This document shows, piece after piece, positions 12,427 through 22,083 of a DNA stretch of 64,000 nt (the first letter of the stretch is position 1; every line of letters begins with the position of its first letter). Location: NCBI RefSeq assembly GCF_001194135.2, contig NC_068997.1, positions 40,248,131 through 40,312,130 of the forward strand, written 5' to 3'. This stretch comes from Octopus bimaculoides. Lineage: Eukaryota. Under the pieces are notes generated by a model. The model was not told the origin of the DNA and searched no databases. It saw only the letters and a list, made by a program, of their open reading frames with translations. A program made the position numbers and the translations under genes.

Positions 12427-13095
12427 CAAATCTTATAGACCATTTGCTTTTCGACAACTATAATGCTAAATTTTATTTCTTCACATAAAACATAGATTCA
12501 AACTTTTTCACAGATGCACAGTAACAGCAATATTGAATGTCAAAACCCAGCTATATGTCTACTGGCAGGATACTTACTCTATAAAGGTATAGAAGATTGA
12601 GTAAACATGATAAATCCGAAGAACATTAAAGGGAATTATATAACATCTGAGAACATTTTCCTTGGTGGTTTCCTTCCACAAATCCACTCTTTGAATTTAA
12701 AGAACAAGTAAAACTTTGCGACATTGTGCCTTGCTTTAATAGGTCATTGATTGCAATTCGTGTTATCTGCTAAACGGGATATTAGAAGTATTGTCTAAAT
12801 ACCACGTCTAGTAGAGGTTCCACTTGGAACATTTTTCCATCACATGAAAGTTACGCACCATAAAAATTGTCTTTAATTAATTGGTCAACCAAACACAGAG
12901 AATAATTGTACTCGATTGTAATAGCCTTAAACTAAGTTACCCTTGTCCATATCAAAGTAACATAAGAACAGAAATCAATGAATCTACAACAGAATTGGGT
13001 GCCTGACCAGCCTCGAATCATAGCAACCAAGTTTACAAGTATCCGATACGCATCACCAAATTCCTCATTTATTCTAAGATTTTGAAGTATTATAC

Positions 13096-13308
13096 AGGAG
13101 TGACTGTGTAATAAGAAGCTTGTTTCCCACCCACATGGTTCCGGGTTCATTCCCACAGCGTGGCACCTTAGGCGAGTGTCTTCTTATACAGCCTCGGGTC
13201 GACCAAAGCCTTGTGAGTGGATTTGGTAGGGGGGAACTGAAAAATGCTCGCAGTATATGTATATACACACACACACATACACATATATATGTGTGTATGT
13301 GTGTGTGT

Positions 13309-13385
<77 letters not shown>
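13096..13385 (+). mobile_element. SINE family B, 5' half with (TG)n
   Basis: Head GTGACTGTGTAATAAGAAGCTTG, B-box GGTTCATTCC, CCTTAGGCGAGTGTCT CORE-like motif. Confidence 0.8.
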
Positions 13386-13885
13386 ATTATGCTCCTGTGA
13401 AGATGAGCGCACATGTATATGTGTACGCGTGCAAGTCTTTATGTGTCTTTATATACGATAGAGATTCTTATATGTCACGCTGTAATTTGAAAAACTTTGA
13501 ATAACAGTTATTATTTATGCAATGATGATATAAACGCCCCTCGTTAATAAGAGTCTAAAATTGTCAAGACAGGGAAATAATTCTAAGAAAAGGACTATTT
13601 GAAATGTTAGAAAATAGGTTTTTTTTTTAAATCAGCACCCGCGAAGCTGTTTCAGCAATGGTCATATATCGGCTACATTAGTTATCTTGGGTAAAGTACT
13701 TTTTACTCAATTGGCAAAACTAAGATGCATTCATTAGCGTCAGTTCGACACTTAAAATTTATGTTTCCCGCTACCTTTCTAAACAGTATACACTTTTTAG
13801 CTATGGCAGGGTTGTTTAATCAAATTCACTGGACGAATATAGACATAAAAGTTTGTGTTGGCAGTTAAAATGGAGTATTAGCATG

Positions 13886-13925
13886 CTCTAGTTTCGATTC
13901 TAGCTGGCATCTCATCAGGAATTTC
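13886..13925 (-). ncRNA. Hammerhead-like relic (core present, stems I and III broken)
   Basis: Minus strand: TTC-CTGATGA-GAT(10 nt)ATC-GAAA-CTAG-A; U16.1 and stem I pairing are missing. Confidence 0.4.
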
Positions 13926-14214
13926 AGCTTGTCTCTGTCTCCATCACTTATTCCAATTTATGGCCACTAAGACTTGTGAAATATTCAAGCGTCCTTGAAC
14001 GAGTAGAAGTCTTTGCAGGCTTCACAGTCAGTTATTGATCTTATGCACAAAACTGTAAATCGAATTCATTGAATATACGCAATTGCAATCTTTGTAAACG
14101 GTACAAAGATTTAACCAGTGCTATGACTTATAACTACATAAATATATGGCTGGCAACCAAACCAGACCAATGCATCACTCTTCCATCCATGGTCAGATAA
14201 CTATACACCTCTTT

Positions 14215-14410
14215 GCTTTTGTATTTCACTTGTTTCAGTGACTGAAGAATTTTCAGTAGAATCAACCCCAGTACTTTTTTCCCCGTTTCCTTCATGAAGC
14301 AACCCCAGCCCATTTCCTTTAGCCCGGTACTTATTCTACCCATCTTTTTGCCGGACCGCTACGTTACAGGAGCGTAAATACACTAACACTGGTTGTCAAG
14401 AGATTGTGGG

Positions 14411-14451
<41 letters not shown>

Positions 14452-14608
14452 TATGTAACAGGTTTCTTTCAGTTTTCGTCAACCAAATCCACTCACAAAG
14501 CTCTGGTCGGCCCGAGGTTACGGTAGAAGGTGACACGCGGTTGGATTGAACCCGAAGCCATGTGGTTAGAAAGCAAACTTCTTACCACTCAGCCACGCCC
14601 GTGCCTAT
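14215..14608 (-). mobile_element. SINE family B, full length
   Basis: Tail to head, ending CTTACCACTCAGCCACGCCCGTGCC. Confidence 0.85.
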
Positions 14609-14621
14609 ATGTGTGCGTGTA

Positions 14622-14668
<47 letters not shown>

Positions 14669-15559
14669 ATGAGTGTGTAAGTATGTACATGTGTGTGTAT
14701 ACGTATATATGNNNNNNNNNNNNNNNNNNNNNNNNNNNNNNNNNNNNNNNNNNNNNNNNNNNNNNNNNNNNNNNNNNNNNNNNNNNNNNNNNNNNNNNNN
14801 NNNNNNNNNNNNNNNNNNNNNNNNNNNNNNNNNNNNNNNNNNNNNNNNNNNNNNNNNNNNNNNNNNNNNNNNNNNNNNNNNNNNNNNNNNNNNNNNNNNN
14901 NNNNNNNNNNNNNNNNNNNNNNNNNNNNNNNNNNNNNNNNNNNNNNNNNNNNNNNNNNNNNNNNNNNNNNNNNNNNNNNNNNNNNNNNNNNNNNNNNNNN
15001 NNNNNNNNNNNNNNNNNNNNNNNNNNNNNNNNNNNNNNNNNNNNNNNNNNNNNNNNNNNNNNNNNNNNNNNNNNNNNNNNNNNNNNNNNNNNNNNNNNNN
15101 NNNNNNNNNNNNNNNNNNNNNNNNNNNNNNNNNNNNNNNNNNNNNNNNNNNNNNNNNNNNNNNNNNNNNNNNNNNNNNNNNNNNNNNNNNNNNNNNNNNN
15201 NNNNNNNNNNNNNNNNNNNNNNNNNNNNNNNNNNNNNNNNNNNNNNNNNNNNNNNNNNNNNNNNNNNNNNNNNNNNNNNNNNNNNNNNNNNNNNNNNNNN
15301 NNNNNNNNNNNNNNNNNNNNNNNNNNNNNNNNNNNNNNNNNNNNNNNNNNNNNNNNNNNNNNNNNNNNNNNNNNNNNNNNNNNNNNNNNNNNNNNNNNNN
15401 NNNNNNNNNGGCTGCTTGAACCCATTCTCTAGCAGTACCATTTAACTGTTTTAATACAAAGTTTTTATATCATTTTTTCCTTCTTTTTCCCCCCATTTTT
15501 CCTTTTAGTATCGTATGTGTAGTCTTTAAAAAAAATTTGAAACTTTATTCACACTTTAC

Positions 15560-16749
15560 CATTTTATATATGGCAACAAGTCATCGTAATCTGTAACTGG
15601 CGGTAGGCTGTGAATGTCTACCTCACTCCCATTGAGTCCACCTTGTTTCCAAACCATTCCTTTAATTTTTAGTATCTCTCTTTGTCTATTACTATGGCTT
15701 TTGTACTTTCTGGGTAATGTTCCATTGGTAATTTAACTCTTATCTCCGATTTAAATTTGGTGATTTTCCTTTCTATATCTGCTTTTTGTATATGTTATCA
15801 TATGCCATTTGTTTTTCCAAGTCTTTTGACTGTTCGTTCCTGCGGTGGAATTTGGTTGTCTTCGATTGTTTCCTTTTCTTTTTCCTTCGTTGTTGGTGCT
15901 GTTGGTGGTTCATGTAGTGAATAATGTGTATATTCTATTTCACCCTCCTTCTTTTTCTTTCTTGGACTCTTCGGGGATGAGTTCACTAGTTCTTTGGTCC
16001 GCCACTTCGGCATTCTGCTCCTGTTGGCTTCCCTCGTTTTTATTTTCTCTCTGAGGATACTTTATTCTAATTTTCGCCGCATTGATAGCAAATTGGTGGC
16101 CTTCCTTCTAACACCACTCTCAGCCTTATATCCCCCGGTGGTATTATTTCTACAGCGATTTCATTTAGATCTTGTTGTCCGACCTGGATGACTATTTTTA
16201 GTCCGTATTTCTTTGTCACCTTCAGAATTTTGGCGTCTTCCACAGTTTTGTGTATTACGGCTGCCACCAGCCACGCTTCTTTGATTTCTGGTGGTGCTCT
16301 ACCTATTCTAACTCTGGCGACCCTTTTGCCGCAGTACGTATGTAGGAGTACCCATCTTTCCGTCTTCAGCGTCACAGTGGAATGATTTATTGCCTCCTGT
16401 TCGTTGACAAATCTCACCTCCATTGTGCCGTATTTTCTGCCTCTTGTATAGAATGTTGTCAGGTGCATAATTTCCTTTAGCCATTCTTCAATTGCTTCTT
16501 CCGTAGCTATCTCTAATTTTTTGTGGTTGTCGATAGTGTTCTGTACACCACTGTTCTTTTCTTGGTACTTGTTTCCACCTCTTGTGGAGGGGTCAGCTTT
16601 AAACTGGATCCCTCCTTCTGAATCAGCTTGTAGTGTTCCTTCAGCTTCTTCTGTTCAATTTTTATTACTTGCACTTCTTGCGAATCTGTACCTTTTCCAG
16701 CTGCTGAAGCATAACTCCCGGCATGTACTGGGATTGGTTCACACTCCAT
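15560..16749 (-). pseudogene. Gag/ORF1-like protein, copy 1 (frameshifted; zinc knuckle damaged)
   Basis: MECEP.. start; TTFYTRGRKYGTMEVRF..LRVVLEGRPPICYQCGE; C-terminal VEVDIHSLPPV-like segment. Confidence 0.75.
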
Positions 16750-17267
16750 TTTTTTTTCTTTTTTCTGTTACTTCGCTCCAAAATGGGGAAGAAGACAAAC
16801 GCAAAATTTAACAGGTATGCAGGCAAAAACAGCAACGGTATTTAACAAATTCAACCAAACATTACTCACCCGCGCGGGAAGAACTTTCAACAAAGATGCA
16901 ACAAAGTATAGAATGACTTATGTCAACGGGAATCAAAAATGATTTAAAAACCAACAAAAGTACATCACTGACTGACACTGCTTTCCACTATTTATCAGTA
17001 GTGAAACAGCCCACTTATCTCTTGCGGATGTCCGCCACAACACCTTCCCGCTTTGAGATTTATTCCTTCTTCCACAATCATTATAATTTTTCCTTTCTTT
17101 TTCTTCTAAACAGAATTATTTTTCTCTTTTTATTTAGATTTTTTCTTGTTCCACACAGAATTGTAGATCTTTTGTTTCAAAATGCCGCAGGTAGTACCAG
17201 TCTACATTGTTTACCGGTAGCGCTATTAACATACAGTGACTTGACTTAAATCCTTCCAACGGGCTTA

Positions 17268-17510
17268 TATTATTTTTCACTGTGTATAGTTCAGTTCTGT
17301 GTTAGAGTTCCAGTTTTATCAGACATTTTTTTTTCAAAATCTTTTTTGTCATATATTTTTCACTGTGTGCATATTATTTTTCGCTGTGTGTAGTTCGGTT
17401 CTGTGTTAGAGTTCCAATTTTATCAGACATTTTTTCTTCAGAATCTTTTTTTCATATATTCTTCATAGTGTGTGTATTACTTTTCACTGTATGAAGTTCA
17501 GATCTTACAT
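17268..17510. repeat. Tandem repeat, period 103 bp, about 2.3 copies
   Basis: ATATTATTTTTC(A/G)CTGTGT..TAGTTC units start at 17268, 17371 and 17474. Confidence 0.85.
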
Positions 17511-17550
17511 TTAGATCTTTAACATTTTTCCACTGCGTGAACTGAGTCCT

Positions 17551-17650
17551 GTTGCCACGGATAGAACGACACCATAATACAGAGGGAGGTATCCTCGTTG
17601 CCACTGATATAATGACACCGTTATATAGTGGGAGGTATCCTCATTGCCAC
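17551..17650. repeat. Tandem repeat, period 46 bp, about 2.2 copies
   Basis: TTGCCAC at 17552, 17598 and 17644; GGGAGGTATCCTC twice. Confidence 0.8.
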
Positions 17651-17959
17651 GTACCGCATTATGACGACGTATTTCGTCGTCTGCGTGACTGGCCCGAATA
17701 GCGTATCTCGCTGACTGTATTTCTTTATTTGGTACATCGGCAATGATGCAGGTGGGGGGCGGCACAAGGACAGAGAGAACACAATAGTGCGGAAAAAACC
17801 CCATAAAACGAATGAATGAGAAATTAATAATAATTAATGAGGATGTAATGGCTGCTTGAACCCCACTCAAAAAGTTTTTGCATCATTTTTTCTCTTCTCT
17901 CTTTTTTTCCTCTTAGCATCGTATGTGTAGTCTATTTTAACAAAAGCTTACTCACACTT

Positions 17960-20017
17960 TACGAATTCACGTATGGCTTCAAATCTACCTAATCTACAAC
18001 AGGCCTAAAAAGTTCTCAACATGAAATATAGCAGCATACCAAAAACGTGAGCGGGCAAGACATTTAAAATCACCTAAAATGTACCTTAATCCCCTGAGAT
18101 TGCAGATAATATTTCTGAATCTCTTTGATTCTTTAAATGTGCTGGCCCCCTGATAATTAATCGATATTAATTAATATATTAATATATGAATAATTACCAG
18201 ATCTTATAATAATCTNNNNNNNNNNNNNNNNNNNNNNNNNNNNNNNNNNNNNNNNNNNNNNNNNNNNNNNNNNNNNNNNNNNNNNNNNNNNNNNNNNNNN
18301 NNNNNNNNNNNNNNNNNNNNNNNNNNNNNNNNNNNNNNNNNNNNNNNNNNNNNNNNNNNNNNNNNNNNNNNNNNNNNNNNNNNNNNNNNNNNNNNNNNNN
18401 NNNNNNNNNNNNNNNNNNNNNNNNNNNNNNNNNNNNNNNNNNNNNNNNNNNNNNNNNNNNNNNNNNNNNNNNNNNNNNNNNNNNNNNNNNNNNNNNNNNN
18501 NNNNNNNNNNNNNNNNNNNNNNNNNNNNNNNNNNNNNNNNNNNNNNNNNNNNNNNNNNNNNNNNNNNNNNNNNNNNNNNNNNNNNNNNNNNNNNNNNNNN
18601 NNNNNNNNNNNNNNNNNNNNNNNNNNNNNNNNNNNNNNNNNNNNNNNNNNNNNNNNNNNNNNNNNNNNNNNNNNNNNNNNNNNNNNCTAGCGCATTAATT
18701 GTCCACGTTAGTTGTCGACGTTATTTTTAAAATGTACCTTAATTCCCTGAGATTGCAGATAATATTTCTGAATCTCTTTGATTCTTTAAATGTGCTGGCC
18801 TCCTGATAATTAATCGATATTAATTAATATATTAATATATGAATAATTACCAGATCTTATAATAATCTACAACAGGCGGTAGGTCGTCGAGCTCCACCTC
18901 TACTCCCAATGGGTTCATCTTGGTTCCAAACCATTCTCTCAACCTTATATACCTCCCTTGGTCCATCACCATGCTTTCTGTGCCTTCTGTGCAACGCTCT
19001 GCTGGCAATTCCACTCCAATCACCGATTTGAACTTGGTAATCCTCTCCTCTACCGCCGTACATCTCGTATATATCACCATATACCACCTATTTTTCTCGG
19101 GCTCCTTAACTGTTCGTTTTTGCGGTGAACTTGGGCTGTCTGGGTAGGTTTCCTTTTTGTTTGTTTCCTTTTGTTATTGATGCTGGTGGAGATATGTACC
19201 GCATAAGTTCTGCAATGTCCATTTCACTATTTTTCTTTTTGGACTCTTCGGAGGTGACCTCACAAATTCCCTTCCTCTTCTCCTGTTCACCTCTGCAAAT
19301 GCTTCCTCCGCTTCCTCCGTGCATTTCTCACTTTCCAGGGCCGCCACTTTGGCATTCTGCTCCTTTTGGCCTTCCTCCCTCCTACTGTCTCTCCGGGGGG
19401 CACCTTACTCCCATGTGTACCTTCTCTCCGCACCTTAATCCCACGTGTACCTCCCTCCACCACCACTCTCAACCACACGTCCCCCTGTAGAATCACCTCT
19501 TCAGTGATTTCATTCAAATTTCTTTGTCCAACCTGAATGACCATTTCTAGGCCAAACCCCCACCAACCTACTTTCCTTGTCCCTGTCACCCATGAAATTT
19601 TGGTGTCCTCCTTAGTTTTATGTATTACGGCTGCCACCAGCCACGCTTCCTTGATTTCCGGAGGTACCCTGACTATTCTAAATCTGGCAACATCTTTGCC
19701 GCAGTAGGTTGGCAGGAGTACCCATTCTTACGTCCTGAGCGTCACAGTGGAGTGATTTATTGCCTCCTGTCCGTTGGCAAACCTCAACTCCACTGTCCTG
19801 TATTTTCTGCCTCTTGTGTAGAATGTTGTCAGGTTCTTTATCTCCTTAAGCCATTCTTCTATCGCTTTTATTGTGGCTATTTTTATTTCCTTGGTTGTTG
19901 TAGACAGTGTTCTGTTAACCACTGTTCGTTTCATTGTACTGGTTGTCCTTTCTTCTGGCGGGGTCAGCCTTAAACAGGATCCCTCCTTCTGAATCAGCCT
20001 GTTATACTCCTTCAGTT
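17960..20017 (-). pseudogene. Gag/ORF1-like protein, copy 2 (N-terminus in gap; interrupted by insertion)
   Basis: QKEGSCLRLTPP..TTFYTRGRKYRTVELRF..LRVVVEG..CGEKVHMGVRCP..ITKFKSVIGVELP..VELDDLPPVV. Confidence 0.75.
18005..18862. mobile_element. Insertion into gag copy 2 flanked by a 15-bp target-site duplication
   Basis: TAATCTACAACAGGC at 17990-18004 and 18863-18877; copy 1 shows the uninterrupted site; 141-bp near-identical segments 18075-18215 and 18728-18868 on either side of a gap. Confidence 0.65.
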
Positions 20018-20679
20018 NNNNNNNNNNNNNNNNNNNNNNNNNNNNNNNNNNNNNNNNNNNNNNNNNNNNNNNNNNNNNNNNNNNNNNNNNNNNNNNNNNN
20101 NNNNNNNNNNNNNNNNNNNNNNNNNNNNNNNNNNNNNNNNNNNNNNNNNNNNNNNNNNNNNNNNNNNNNNNNNNNNNNNNNNNNNNNNNNNNNNNNNNNN
20201 NNNNNNNNNNNNNNNNNNNNNNNNNNNNNNNNNNNNNNNNNNNNNNNNNNNNNNNNNNNNNNNNNNNNNNNNNNNCAACAATTTGAATCATAGGTTCACC
20301 CTCAGGCGACTCTTCGACATGTATGTAACAAAGCACAGTACGACTTACGTCAACCGGAATCAAAAATGATTTAATACTAACAAATATACCTCGCGGGGTG
20401 CTTTTCTTTATTTGGCAGCCAGGCTATGAACACACTGGGGGACAAGACAAGGACAGACAATACACCACAGTGGGGACAAAAACATAAGTCGAATGAAAAA
20501 TGAAAAATGAAAAATGTACAATGAAATCGATGGTGATGAAATGGCCGCATGCGCCCCACTCACATGCAATACCATTTGAACGTTCTTACTTTCAGTTTGT
20601 AATCATTTCTTTTTTTCTTTGTTTTTTCACAATTAGCATCATTTTGTTTACTCTTTTTTCCCTTAAAAAATAAACAATT

Positions 20680-22083
20680 TTACTCTCTACTGGCGGCAGT
20701 TCGTCAAACTCCACCATGAATCCCGGCTGCTTAATTTGACACATTTCCTTCAACTTGTTATATTTTCTTTATCGATTAAAATAGCTTTGACATTTTCACC
20801 GTACACCTCCTTGGGCAACTTAACCCTTATAACGGATTTAAGCTTGGTTATCATTTTTTGCGTATTTATGCTTTTAGCATATGTCACGAAATTCCAGCTT
20901 GTTTTCTCGGCCTTCTTGTTTGTCATATTCCACTCTTGGCGCCACCGCCTCCATTCTTGTTAGTATTGCTGTTTCTTCTCATTGTGGTCCTAAAAAAATC
21001 TCTAGTGTGCTTGCTTCTATCTCCTCCTCCTCCTCCATAACCTCCTTCTCATCCTCCTTTTCTACCTCTTTCTCGACCTTCTTTTCAATACCCTTTACTG
21101 CTTTCTTTTCAACCTCCTTTACGACTTCCTTCCCCCACCCCTTTATCTGCAGCTCTTTTCTTTTTCTGTCTCTCCGGCGGAGAGTCCACTCTTTCTTTCC
21201 TCTTACGTTTTTTAACCGCTTCAAATTCCTCCTCTATTCCTGTTGTCTCCTTCTCATCTACCTGCACCACATCGTTCACCTTCTCCTGCTCTTCAGACTG
21301 TTTCATCTGTTGTTTCTTCTCTTCTCTTTGGGGGCATCTCGCTTTCATGTGGCCTTTCTCACCACACAGGTATCATATAGGAGGCCTACCCTCCACTACC
21401 ACTCACAATCTCATATTTTCGGGTAGGATAATTTCTTCCGGAATTTTATTCATGTCACTCACACTTGCATGTACTGCCATCTCGATTCCGTATCCCCAGC
21501 AGTTTATTCTTTTCGTTCTTGTTACTTTCAGGATTTTCGCATCCTCCTCCATATTGTACATGACTGCGGCAACCAAAAATGTTTCATTCAACTCTGGTGG
21601 CACTTTTCCCACCCTCACTCTGACAACTCCCTTGCCACAGTATGTTGGTAGGAGCACCCACTCTTCTGTCTTTATGCCATCAGTGGAGTGCTTTATCGCT
21701 TTGTCTACGCTTGCGAACCGCACCTCCACTGTGCCATATCTTCTTCCTCTTGTTATAAACGTGGTGACCTTTTTGACCTCTTTTAAACTCTTCTCAATGT
21801 CTTCTATCGTAGATATTTCGATTTTCCTTGTCGATATCTCCAGTGCTTTGTATATCACTGTCCCGTTCTTAACTCCATTTGTTAAGTCAACCGGGGGCGT
21901 CAATTTAAGGCTGTGGCCTTCCTTTTCCAATAGCTTGCCGCATTCTCTCAGCTTTTTTGGCTCAATTTTAACTTCTCGAACTTCCAAAGCTTCTACTCCT
22001 GTTCCTCTGGCAGCTGTAGCCGCATTACTGTGGCTCTTTGCTGGTTCGGTCTCCATTACAATTTTTCTCTCCGCCTCTCTCAT
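20680..22083 (-). pseudogene. Gag/ORF1-like protein, copy 3 (best preserved; two in-frame TGA and later frameshifts)
   Basis: 226-aa ORF continues in frame as L*VVVEGRPPI*YLCGEKGHMKARCP (CX2CX4HX4C with the first Cys mutated to TGA), a K/E-rich tail, then ITKLKSVIRVKLP..VEFDELPPV. Confidence 0.8.

Noticed and set aside
17551-17650. CRISPR-like look (21-bp GGGAGGTATCCTC.TTGCCAC repeats with 25-bp spacers)
   Set aside because: The spacers resemble each other, there are only about two units, there are no cas genes, and the context is eukaryotic.
19728-20363. ORF start MIPVDVSRT as the N-terminus of gag copy 2
   Set aside because: This stretch is homologous to the non-coding 5' region of copies 1 and 3; the frame across the gap is arbitrary.
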